A stretch of 64,000 nucleotides of DNA from Eledone cirrhosa (lineage: Eukaryota). This document shows, one piece after another, positions 1 to 13,400 of the stretch. Below the pieces are notes generated by a model. It was not told the DNA's origin. It saw only the letters and a program-made list of their open reading frames with translations, and searched no databases. Position 1 is the stretch's first letter, and every line of letters begins with the position of its first letter. The position numbers and the translations under genes are program-made. The DNA is taken from contig OZ024742.1 in the NCBI GenBank assembly GCA_964016885.1, forward strand, positions 294,500,001 through 294,564,000, in the 5' to 3' direction.

Positions 1-179
1 GTACTTTTTGCTTATACCTCTTACACTTTCAACCAGTGCTGCCTGTAATTATGTTCTCTCAAGCGGAACATCTTTTTATCTCCTGACTCTCCACAGGATG
101 TCTATGACACTAACAATAATTATGTACCCTAAATGTTCTGAAAGACTAGGATTTTAGTCACATGTTTCGACATTCCCTA

Positions 180-226
180 TGCTCTGATGATTCCAGACTT
201 CCCTCTGGAAGAAACAATTGTCAACA
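180..226 (+). ncRNA. Minimal type I hammerhead ribozyme-like motif
   Basis: CTGATGA-ttccaga(cttccc)tctggaa-GAAA-caattg-TC: 7-bp stem II, palindromic stem III ACAATTGT, GUC site, AATAAA just downstream. Confidence 0.65.
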
Positions 227-273
227 AATAAATGTTCTAAATTAAAATTTGATCGTTTTAACACTTTGTATAT

Positions 274-637
274 ATCATCATCATCATCATTTTACATCTG
301 CTTTTCCTTGCTTGCAAGGGTGGGACGGTAACTGATTCTGGCTTGATTTCTACAGCTGGATGCCCTTTCTATCACCAACCTCATTTACAGTGAGTGCTGG
401 GTACTTTTATTCCATGGCGCCTACACGTCCACTGTATAGTGTGGGCTGGGTGCTTTTTTGCCATGGCACCTCCACGACCACTTTGCAGTGGCATGATATG
501 GACCCCAGTCCTATCATCTCATTTCTACAGCTGAGTAAACTGGAGCAATGTGAAATAACACATCACCCGGTCTGAGAATTGAACTCGCAACCTTTCGATT
601 GCAAGCCTCATGCTCTAACCACTAAGCCATGTGCCTC
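274..637 (-). mobile_element. tRNA-derived SINE family A (RTE-like tail)
   Basis: A box TGGCTTAGTGG, B box GAGTTCAATTC, RTE-like 3' region, (TGA)n. Confidence 0.9.
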
Positions 638-641
638 TATA

Positions 642-1650
642 TCATCATCATCATCATCATCAACGTTTAACGTCCGTGTTCCACGCTTGCATGGGTTTGG
701 ACGGGGGTAGTCCCACTTGAGGCAAGAGTGATTGTCTTGCTCGCATAGGACTGTCTGGCAGGTTTTCTACAGTTGGATGCCCTTCCTAACACCAACCACA
801 TTTACAGTGTGGGTCTGGGAGGTTTTTACCGTGTTGCCTACACGGCCACATTACAGCGTGGACCGTGTGTTTTTTTGTCGTGACACCTACAAGATCTCAT
901 TTGTTTCGGCCTGCATGGTGTGGCACCAACATAACTTTACATAGAACGGGGTGGTGTGGATGGAATGGGGGGTGGTGGGACGGGGGGGGGGGATATTTTG
1001 TTAGAGATGCCTACTGGCTGTAGTAGGTTTTACTATGTATTTAGGTAAGGCGGGTCTTCTCTGTTACTGAGTACCGCCAAAGGTCTCGGTCCAGTGACAT
1101 TGTCTTGGAGAGGTGTAAGTGTGTGAGGTCGGAGTTTATCAGCTCGTCCCAGGTTTTTCTAGGTCTGCCTATTCCGTGGCTACCGTCTATCTTTATTGCC
1201 CTGCACTTTGTTATACAGCTATCGACTTTCATACGCATCACATGTCCATACCAACGTAGCCTTCTCTCGAGTAAACAACATCTGATCCCTCTTATTTCTA
1301 ATTTTTTCCTTAGTTCGTTTATGCTTTGCCGTTCACGTATATTACTGTTACACATCCAGCGGAGCATGCAAGCTTCGTTCCTCTCTATTCTGCGTATATC
1401 CTCTGCACACAATGCCCAGGTCTCACTGCCATGCAACATTGCTGTTCGTATGCAGGCATCGTACAACCTGCCTTTCATTTTTAGGGAGAACCCTTTAGCA
1501 GCTAATAGTGGTATAAGCTCTCTGAACTTTTTCCAACCAGTTCTGACTCTAGCTACTGTACTTTCAGAGCACCCTCCCCCACTGCTGATTTTATCACCCA
1601 GGTAACGGAAACTGTCCACTATTTCTATAGAACCCTCTGCGCAATTGAAA
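642..1650 (-). mobile_element. RTE-clade LINE, 5'-truncated young copy
   Basis: ORF 1041-1619 ([27 protein letters not shown]), 3'UTR and (TGA)n tail; near-identical to the copy at 42500. Confidence 0.93.
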
Positions 1651-1662
1651 TATATATATAAT

Positions 1663-4600
1663 TGTCATCATCACAGTACTGTCATCACCACACTGTACTG
1701 TCATCCCCACACTGTACTGTCATCACCACACTGTACTATCACCACACTGTACTATCATCTCCACACTGTACTGTCATCACCACACTGTACTGTCATCCCC
1801 ATACTGTACTGTCAGCACCACACTGTACTGTCATCACCACACTGTACTGTCATCACCACACTGTACTGTCATCACACTGTACTGTCATCACCACACTGTA
1901 CTGTCATCCCCACACTGTACTGTCATCACCACACTGTACTGTCATCCCCACACTGTACTGTCATCACCACACTGTACTGTCATCCCCCACACTGTACTGT
2001 CATCACCACACTGTACTGTCACCACACTGTACAGTCATCCCCACACTGTACTATCACCACACAGTACTGTCATCACCACACTGTACTGTCATCCCCACAC
2101 TGTACTGTCACCACACTGTACTGTCATCCCCACACTGTACTGTCATCCCCACACTGTACTATCACCACACTGTACTGTCATCACCACACTGTACTATCAC
2201 CACACTGTACTATCATCTCCACACTGTACTGTCATCACCACACTGTACTGTCATCCCCATACTGTACTGTCAGCACCACACTGTACTGTCATCACCACAC
2301 TGTACTGTCATCACCACACTGTACTGTCATCACCACACTGTACTGTCATCCCCACACTGTACTGTCATCCCCACACTGTACTGTCATCCCCACACTGTAC
2401 TGTCATCACCACACTGTACAGTCATCCCCACACTGTACTATCACCACACAGTACTGTCATCACCACACTGTACTGTCATCCCCACACTGTACTGTCATCC
2501 CCATACTGTACTGTCATCCCCACACTGTACTGTCATCACCACACTGTACTGTCATCCCCACACTGTACTGTCATCACCACACTGTACTGTCATCCCCACA
2601 CTGTACTGTCATCCCCATACTGTACTGTCATCCCCACACTGTACTGTCATCACCACACTGTACTGTCATCCCCACACTGTACTGTCATCACCACACTGTA
2701 CTGTCATCCCCACACTGTACTGTCATCCCCACACTGTACTGTCATCCCCACACTGTACTGTCATCCCCACACTGTACTGTCACCACACTGTACTGTCATC
2801 ACCACTGTACTGTCATCCCCACACTGTACTGTCATCCCCACACTGTACTATCATCCCCACACTGTACTATCATCCCCACACTGTACTGTCATCCCCACAC
2901 TGTACTGTCACCACACTGTACTGTCATCCCCACACTGTACTGTCATCACCACACTGTACTGTCATCCCCACACTGTACTGTCATCCCCATACTGTACTGT
3001 CATCCACACACTGTACTGTCATCACCACACTGTACTGTCATCCCCATACTGTACTGTCATCCCCACACTGTACTGTCATCACCACACTGTACTGTCATCC
3101 CCACACTGTACTGTCATCCCCACACTGTACTGTCATCCCCATACTGTACTGTCAGCACCACACTGTACTATCACCCCCATACTTACTGTCACCACACTGT
3201 ACTGTCATCCCCATACTGTACTGTCACCACACTGTACTGTCATCCCCACACTGTACTGTCATCCCCACACTGTACTGTCATCCCCACACTGTACTGTCAT
3301 CCGCACACTGTACTGTTATCACACTGTACTGTCATCCCCACACTGTACTGTCATCCCCACACTGTACTGTCATCCGCACACTGTACTGTCATCACACTGT
3401 ACTGTCATCCCCACACTGTACTGTCATCCCCACACTGTACTGTCATCCGCACACTGTACTGTCATCACACTGTACTGTCATCCCCACACTGTACTGTCAT
3501 CACCACACTGTACTGTCATCACCACACTGTACTGTCATCCCCACACTGTACTGTCATCACCACACTGTACTGTCATCCCCACACTCTACTGTCATCACCA
3601 CACTGTACTATCATCCCCACACTGTACTGTCATCCCCACACTGTACTGTTATCCACACACTGTACTGTCATCACCACACTGTACTGTCATCCCCACACTG
3701 TACTGTCATCTGCACACTGTACTGTCATCACACTGTACTGTCATCCCCACACTGTACTGTCATCCCCACACTGTACTGTCATCCCCACACTGTACTGTCA
3801 TCCCCACACTGTACTATCATCCCCACACTGTACTGTCATCCCCACACTGTACTGTCATCCCCACACTGTACTATCACCACACTGTACTGTCATCACCACA
3901 CTGTACTGTCATCCCCACACTGTACTGTCATCCCCACACTGTACTGTCATCCCCACACTGTAATATCATCCCCACACTGTACTGTCATCCCCACACTGTA
4001 CTGTCATCCCCACACTGTACTGTCACCCGCACACTGTACTGTCATCCCCACACTGTACTGTCATCACCACACTGTACTATCATCCCCACACTGTAGTCAT
4101 CCCCACACTGTACTGTCATCCCCACACTGTACTGTCATCCCCACACTGTACTATCACCACACTGTACTGTCATTCCCACACTGTACTATCATCACTACAC
4201 TGTACTGTCATCCCCACACTCTACTGTCACCACACTGTACTGTCATCCCCACACTGTACTGTCATCACCACACTGTACTATCACCACACTGTACTATCAT
4301 CTCCACACTGTACTGTCATCCCCACACTGTACTGTCATCCCCACACTGTACTATCACCACACTGTACTGTCATCCCCACACTGTACTATCATCACTACAC
4401 TGTGCTGTCATCCCCACACTGTACTGTCACCACACTGTACTGTCATCCCCACACTGTACTGTCATCACCACTGTACTGTCATCCCCCACACTGTACTGTC
4501 ATCACCACACTGTACTGTCACCACAGTGTACAGTCATCCCCACACTGTACTATCACCACACAGTGCTGTCATCACCACACTGTACTGTCATCCCCACACT

Positions 4601-7600
4601 GTACTGTCACCACACTGTACTGTCATCCCCACACTGTACTGTCATCCCCATACTGTACTGTCATCCCCACACTGTACTGTCATCACCACACTGTACTATC
4701 ATCTCCACACTGTACTATCATCTCCACACTGTACTGTCATCACCACACTGTACTGTCATCACCACACTGTACTGTCATCACCACACTGTACTGTCATCAC
4801 ACTGTACTGTCATCACCACACTGTACTGTCATCCCCACACTGTACTGTCATCCCCACACTGTACTGTCATCCCCATACTGTACTGTCATCCCCACACTGT
4901 ACTGTCATCACCACACTGTACTGTCATCCCCATACTGTACTGTCATCCCCACACTGTACTGTCATCCGCACACTGTACTGTCACCACACTGTACTGTCAT
5001 CACCACACTGTACTGTCATCCCCACACTGTACTGTCATCCCCACACTGTACTGTCACCACACTGTACTGTCATCCCCACACTGTACTATCATCTCCACAC
5101 TGTACTGTCATCACCACACTGTACTGTCATCACCACACTGTACTGTCATCACCACACTATACTCTCATCACGCTGTACTGTCATCCCCACACTGTACTGT
5201 CATCCCCACACTGTACTGTCATCCCCACACTGTACTGTCATCACCACACTGTACTGCCACCACACTGTACTGTCATCCCCACACTGTACTGTCACCACAC
5301 TGTACAGTCATCCCCACACTGTACTACCACCACACAGTACTGTCATCACCACACTGTACTGTCATCCCCACACTGTACTCTCACCACACTGTACTGTCAT
5401 CCCCATACTGTACTATCATCCCCACACTGTACTGTCACCACACTCTACTGTCATCACTACACTGTACTGTCATCCCCACACTGTACTGTCATCCCCACAC
5501 TGTACTGTCATCCCCATACTGTACTATCAACCCCACACTGTACTGTCATCACCACACTGTACTATCATCACTACACTGTACTGTCATCCCCACACTGTAG
5601 TGTCATCCCCGTACTGTACTGTCATCCCCACACTGTACTGTCATCACCACACTGTACTGTCATCCCCACACTGTACTGTCATCCCCACACTGTACTGTCA
5701 TCCCCACATTGTACTGTCACCACACTGTACTGTCATCACCACACTGTACTGTCATCCCCACACTGTACTATCATCCCCACACTGTACTATCATCCCGACA
5801 CTGTACTGTCATCCCCATACTGTACTGTCATCACCACACTGTACTATCACCCCCATACTGTACTGTCACCACACTGTACTGTCATCCCCATACTGTACTG
5901 TCACCACACTGTACTGTCATCCCCACACTGTTCTGTCATCCGCACACTGTACTGTCATCAGACTGTACTGTCATCCCCACACTGTACTGTCATCCCCACA
6001 CTGTACTGTCATCACCACACTGTACTGTCATCCCCACACTGTACTGTCATCCCCACACTGTACTATCACCACACTGTACTGTCATCCCCACACTGTACTA
6101 TCATCACTACACTGTACTGTCATCCCCACACTGTACTGTCATCACTACACTGTACTGTCATCACTACACTGTACTGTCATCACTACACTGTACTGTCATC
6201 CCCACACTGTACTATCATCCCCACACTGTACTATCATCACTACACTGTACTGTCATCACTACACTGTACTGTCATCCCCACACTGTACTATCATCCCCAC
6301 ACTGTACTGTCATCCCCACACTGTACTGTCATCACCACACTGTACTGTCATCCCCACACTGTACTGTCATCCCCACACTGTACTGTCATCCCCACACTGT
6401 ACTGTCATCACTACACTGTACTGTCATCACTACACTGTACTGTCATCCCCACACTGTACTTTCATCCCCACACTGTACTGTCACCACACTGTACTGTCAT
6501 CACCACACTGTACTGTCATCCCCAAACTGTACTGTCATCACCACACTGTACTATCATCCCCACACTGTACTGTCATCCCCACACTGTACTGTCATCTCCA
6601 CACTGTACTATCAATACTACACTGTACTGTCATCCCCACACTGTACTGTCACCACACTGTACTGTCATCACCACACTGTACTGTCATCCCCACACTGTAC
6701 TGTCATCACCACACTGTACTATCATCCCCACACTGTACTATCATCACCACACTGTACTGTCATCCCCACACTGTACTGTCATCACTACACTGTACTGTCA
6801 TCCCCACACTGTACTATCATCCCCACACTGTACTATCATCACTACACTGTACTGTCACCACACTGTACTGTCATCACTACACTGTACTGTCATCCCCACA
6901 CTGTACTGTCATCACTACACTGTACTGTCATCCCCACACTGTACTGTCATCACTACACTGTACTGTCATCCCCACACTGTACTGTCACCACACTGTACTG
7001 TCATCCCCACACTGTACTGTCATCCCCACACTGTACTGTCATCCCCACACTGTACTGTCATCACTACACTGTACTGTCATCCCCACACTGTACTATCATC
7101 ACTACACTGTACTGTCATCACTACACTGTACTGTCACCACACTGTACTATCATCTCCACACTGTACTGTCATCACCACGCTATACTATCACCACACTGTA
7201 CTATCATCTCCACACTGTACTGTCATCCCCATACTGTACTGTCAGCACCACACTGTACTATCACCCCCATACTGTACTGTCACCACACTGTACTGTCATC
7301 CCCATACTGTACTGTCACCACACTATACTGTCATCCCCACACTGTACTGTCATCCCCACACTGTACTGTCATCCCCACACTGTACTGTCATCCCCACACT
7401 GTACTGTCATCACCACACTGTACTGTCATCCCCACACTGTACTGTCATCACCACACTGTACTGTCATCCCCACACTGTACTGTCATCCCCACACTGTACT
7501 GTCATCACCACACTGTACTGTCATCCCCACACTGTACTGACATCCCCACACTGTACTATAACCACACTGTACTGTCATCCCCACACTGTACTATCATCAC

Positions 7601-10300
7601 TACACTGTACTGTCATCACTACACTGTACTGTCATCCCCACACTGTACTATAACCACACTGTACTGTCATCCCCACACTGTACTGTCATCCCCACACTGT
7701 ACTATCAACACTACACTGTACTGTCATCACTACACTGTACTGTCATCACTACACTGTACTGTCATCACCACACTGTACTGTCATCCCCACACTGTACTGT
7801 CATCACCACACTGTACTGTCATCACCACACTGTACTGTCATCCCTACACTGTACTGTCATCCCCACACTGTACTATCATCCCCACACTGTACTGTCATCC
7901 GCACACTGTACTGTCATCACACTGTACTTTCATCCCCACACTGTACTGTCATCACCACACTGTACTGTCATCCCCACACTGTACTATCACCACACTGTAC
8001 TGTCATCCCCACACAGTACTATCAACACTACACTGTACTATCAACACTACACTGTACTGTCATCCCCACACTGTACTATCACCACACTGTACTGTCATCC
8101 CCACACAGTACTATCAACACTACACTGTACTATCAACACTACACTGTACTGTCATCACCACACTGTACTATCACCACACTTTACTGTCATCCCCACACTG
8201 TACTATCATCACTACACTGTACTGTCATCCCCACACTGTACTGTCATCCCCACACTGTACTGTCATCCCCACACTGTACTGTCATCCCCACACTGTACTG
8301 TCATCCCCACACTGTACTGTCATCCCCACACTGTACTGTCATCCCCACACTGTACTGTCATCACTACACTGTACTGTCATCCCCACACTGTACTATCAAC
8401 ACTACACTGTACTATCAACACTACACTGTACTGTCATCACCACACTGTACTGTCACCACACTGTACTGTCATCCCCACACTGTACTATCATCCCCACACT
8501 GTACTGTCACCACACTGTACTGTCATCACCACACTGTACTATCATCCCCACACTGTACTGTCACCACACTGTACTGTCATCCCCACACTGTACTGTCACC
8601 ACACTGTACTGTCATCCTCACACTGTACTATCAACACTACACTGTACTGTCATCACTACACTGTACTGTCATCCCCACACTGTACTGTCACCACACTGTA
8701 CTGTCATCCCCACACTGTACTGTCATCCCCACACTGTACTGTCATCCCCACACTGTACTGTCATCACCACACTGTACTCTCATCCCCACACTGTACTATC
8801 ATCCCCACACTGTACTATCATCACTACACTGTACTGTCATCCCCACACTGTACTATCATCCCCACACTGTACTGTCATCACTACACTGTACTATCAGCCC
8901 CACACTGTACTGTCATCCCCACACTGTACTGTCATCCCCACACTGTACTGTCATCCCCACACTGTACTGTCATCCCCACACTGTACTGTCATCACCACAC
9001 TGTACTGTCATCCCCACACTGTACTGTCATCACACTGTACTGTCATCCCCACACTGTACTGTCATCACTACACTGTACTGTCATCCCCACACTGTACTGT
9101 CATCCCCACACTGTACTGTCACCACAATGTACTATCATCCCCACACTGTACTGTCATCACCACACTGTACTGTCATCCCCACACTGTACTGTCATCACAC
9201 TGTACTGTCATCCCCACACTGTACTGTCATCCCCACACTGTACTGTCATCCCCACACTGTACTGTCATCACTACACTGTACTATCAGCCCCACACTGTAC
9301 TGTCATCCCCACACTGTACTGTCATCCCCATACTGTACTGTCATCACCACACTGTACTATCATCCCCACACTGTACTGTCATCCCCACACTGTACTGTCA
9401 TCCCCACACTGTACTGTCATCCCCACACTGTACTGTCATCACCACACTGTACTGTCATCCCCACACTGTACTGTCATCACACTGTACTGTCATCCCCACA
9501 CTGTTCTGTCATCACTACACTGTACTGTCATCCCCACACTGTACTGTCATCCCCACACTGTACTGTCATCCCCACACTGTACTGTCACCACACTGTACTG
9601 TCATCACCACACTGTACTATCATCACTACACTGTACTGTCATCCCCACACTGTACTGTCATCCCCACACTGTACTGTCACCACACTGTACTGTCATCCCC
9701 ACACTGTACTGTCATCCCCACACTGTACTGTCATCACCACACTGTACTATCACCACACTGTACTATCATCACTACACTGTACTGTCATCCCCACACTGTA
9801 CTGTCATCTCCACACTGTACTGTCATCCCCACACTGTACTGTCATCCCCACACTGTACTGTCATCCCCACACTGTCCTGTCATCCCCACACTGTACTGTC
9901 ATCACTACACTGTACTATCATCACTACACTGTACTGTCATCCCCACACTGTACTATCAACACTACACTGTACTGTCATCCCCACACTGTACTGTCATCCC
10001 CACACTGTACTATCAACACTGCACTGTACTATCATCACTACACTGTACTGTCATCCCCACACTGTACTATCAACACTGCACTGTACTATCATCACTACAC
10101 TGTACTGTCATCCCCACACTGTACTGTCATCCCCACACTGTACTGTCACCACACTGTACTGTCATCACTACACTGTACTATCATCACTACACTGTACTGT
10201 CATCACCACACTGTACTATCAACACTACACTGTACTGTCATCACTACACTGTACTGTCATCACCACTCTGTACTGTCATCACCACACTACTATCATCACC
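1663..10300. repeat. Intronic minisatellite, 19-bp unit CATCCCCACACTGTACTGT with 19- and 16-bp variants, about 8.6 kb
   Basis: Directly visible tandem array; 19-aa periodicity (3 x 19 nt) in all three + frames. Confidence 0.98.
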
Positions 10301-10342
10301 ATCAAATTCCCACTTTTAATGTTTGTTGTTCTATTTTTACAG

Positions 10343-10432
10343 ATATTTGGCTGTTTTGCTCTCACTGAGATGGGTCATGGCAGCAACACTAGAGCCATGC
10401 AGACAGTGGCCACATATCAACCATCCACACAG
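10343..10432 (+). CDS. ACOX3: ACOX3 exon ([30 protein letters not shown])
   Basis: tttacag acceptor, cag|gtagct donor, 90 nt, phase 0-0. Confidence 0.93.
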
Positions 10433-13400
10433 GTAGCTTCATACTTCTTTCTCATTTATATTTACATATTTCATATTGTTGAAATGTAAACATAACCTTA
10501 TTATATCCATACATTTCTTAAAACCCTCAATCATAATTTTATATAAGACCTTTTGTTAAGTTATGTTCCAGATACCAGCTTAATAATGAGGAAGTTAGTT
10601 ATATTATTAAATCCCTCCAAATACTTGATTATTTTAAAAATTATTTTAAAATCATAGGTGTCTTTCATTAGAAACATTGTAATGAAAAAGTTAAATATGA
10701 ATGCCTATTCTGCAGTTCCATTCTGGGTTAACCCTTTTGATACCAAGCTAGCCAAAACTGGCTCTAGTTCTTTCACACAAAATCACCCCTTTTTAATGTT
10801 TTCTCTTTAAATTAAAATTTTCCAACATAATTTTATATAAAAACCATATGTTAAGTTGCTATCTTAGTAATGAAATAATTAATAATTTTAATAAACCCTT
10901 CACAATTCTTCATTAATTAATTGAAATAGAGTGTATTTCAATTGAAATAATTGTTTCTGCATTTGGTACAAGGCCAGCAATTTTGGGGGAGGAGTAAAGT
11001 CAACTAAATAGACACCAGTGTGTTACTTGTCCTTTATTTTATTGACCCCAGTGTGTTATTGGTCCTTTATTTTATCGACCCTGTAAAGATGAAAGGCAGA
11101 GCTAACCTTGGCAATGTCACAAAAGTGTTAATGCCCATTTACTTTACTAGGTATAGGAATTTTATTTCCTTCCCATTGTCAGCTTTTGTGAGATTTAACC
11201 CTTTTGTTGATATATTTCTAATGAAAGCCATTGCCTATGATTTTCAAATCATTTTGAAAATAATCAAGAATTTGGAGGGATTTAGTAGAATAACTAACTT
11301 TCTCATTATTAAGCTGGTGTTTGGTGCATAGCTTAACTCTTCTGTTACCAAACTGACTGAAACCACCTCCTGTTCTATGATACGTTAATTGAAATAGAGT
11401 ATGTATTTCATTAGAAATATGATCTGGAAAGGGTTTAACTAATAATAAATTCAATTCATTTCTAAATAATTTATTTATAGGAATTCATATTGAACACACC
11501 AAATTTGGAAGCTACTAAAATGTGGGTTGGTAATCTTGGTAAACATGCCAGCCATGCAATTGTCTATGCACAGTTACACACTCCAGATGGTGTAAACCAT
11601 GGACTCCATAGTTTTGTGGTCCCTATCAGAGATGTCTACACATTGAAAGCATTGCCAGGGGTTTTGGTTGGTGACATGGGATATAAAATTTCCCTGAATG
11701 GACTTGACAATGGGTGAGATTTAAACATTTATCTATCTATGATTGTTAGCCCCTTTGAAAACAAACTGCTTGGCTCTATCATACAAAGCTGTTTATTTCA
11801 AAGCGTTTATATTTATCTAAAAACCTGAAATTTATGTTAAGAACTTTTTTTATGTTTCAAACATTAACTTAATTATTTTATTATTAATAATATTTTTAAT
11901 TAAATACTAGTTTAAGGCTAGTTAAATTTCTAAAGATTTTCAAATTCTTGATTATTTTCAAAACGATTTGAAAATCATAGGCAATGATTTTCATTACAAA
12001 TGTAGTAACAAAAATGTTTAGTATTGTTATTGTAAGTGAAGAAAGGAAGTGGTTTGATATTTTGGACTTAAGGCCTTTTATCAAGGATCAAAAGAGAGAG
12101 TTGTGTGTTGTGGTTGAAATATATCTGGAACATTAGACCTCTTTCTTTCTTCATAGGAATCACATTTATTTAAACTACTATACTTCCTATTTTTTTATGT
12201 TGGGGTTGAGATGCATTGTGGTATTTAGTCTGGTTCTTGTGTTCTGAGTTCAAATATTGCTGGGGCCAACTTACTTTTTAATCTTTTGGGGCTAGCTATA
12301 ATAATGTTCTAGTCCATGGAAGTGGATTGGCAGCATTGTTAGAACATCAGACAGATGATGAGATACCTCTAGCTCTTTATGCTTCGAGTTCAAATCCTGT
12401 TGATGTCAGTTTTGCCTTTAATCTAGCTGAAATCAGTGAAATAAAGTACCAGTCCAGGGTTGTAGATTGCAAAAATTATTAGAGCATTGGAAAGCTCCTG
12501 CATTGTTTTTTTCTCAGTTCAAATCTTGCTGTGACCTACTTGAATAGTAGATATAATCCATCACTCAGTTTAATGCCACTACCTGGCTCTTGGGTGTTTT
12601 AACAGAGTTGACTTAGTTGCAAATATTCCTGCCACATCTCCAATTTTGGGATACATCCCACCTTCTCATTAGTCTTGGAGGCCTTGAAAAGGGGTTATGG
12701 GTATTGTCCTTTTCTCTCTCACTAAACAGTAAATAAAATCATCTGAAGGGTATGTTATAATATATTCACATGTGAGGTGTGTATGTTATAAGGTAAATGT
12801 ATACACTACATATGTGATGTGTATATTTTATGTTATATATATATATATATATGCTACTAAGGTAAAATTATATACAAATAGAAATGCTTGAACGTAAGGA
12901 GGTCGATGTTTGCTGTATTCAAGAGACCAGGTGGAGGGGTGGGTCTGCTAGATTCATTGTGGGTAAAGAACGATGCTATAAGCTTTTCTGGGTGGGAAAT
13001 GACAATGGGCTGGGTGGAGTAGGAATCATGGTAGCAGAAAAGTGGGCAGATAAGATAATAGACGTAAATAGAGTGAACGACAGAATAATTAAAATAAGAC
13101 TTGTCCTCAATAGAACTACTGTGACAATAATATCTGCGTATGCACCACAATCCGGACTGCCTGGCGTTATAAAAGACAGATTCTATGAGACGTTAATGCT
13201 CACTACCTCCCAAATAACCGACAGTGACTACATAGTTATCACTGGCGACCCAAATGGTCATGTTGGACAACATTGTGATGGCTATGACGGAATCCATGGA
13301 GGCTATGGGTTTGGTACTAGAAATGGGGAAGGCTCCAGAATCCTGGAATTCTGTGACGCAAATAACCTAACTATCTGTAACACTAACTTCAAATAACGAG

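Noticed and set aside
1663-10300. CRISPR-like array
   Set aside because: Units are contiguous with no unique spacers; eukaryotic context and no cas genes.
1645-10368. Six giant His/Cys-rich ORFs as real genes (zinc-finger or metallothionein-like)
   Set aside because: They are translations of a stop-free 19-bp tandem repeat, identical in all frames, upstream of an ACOX3 acceptor.
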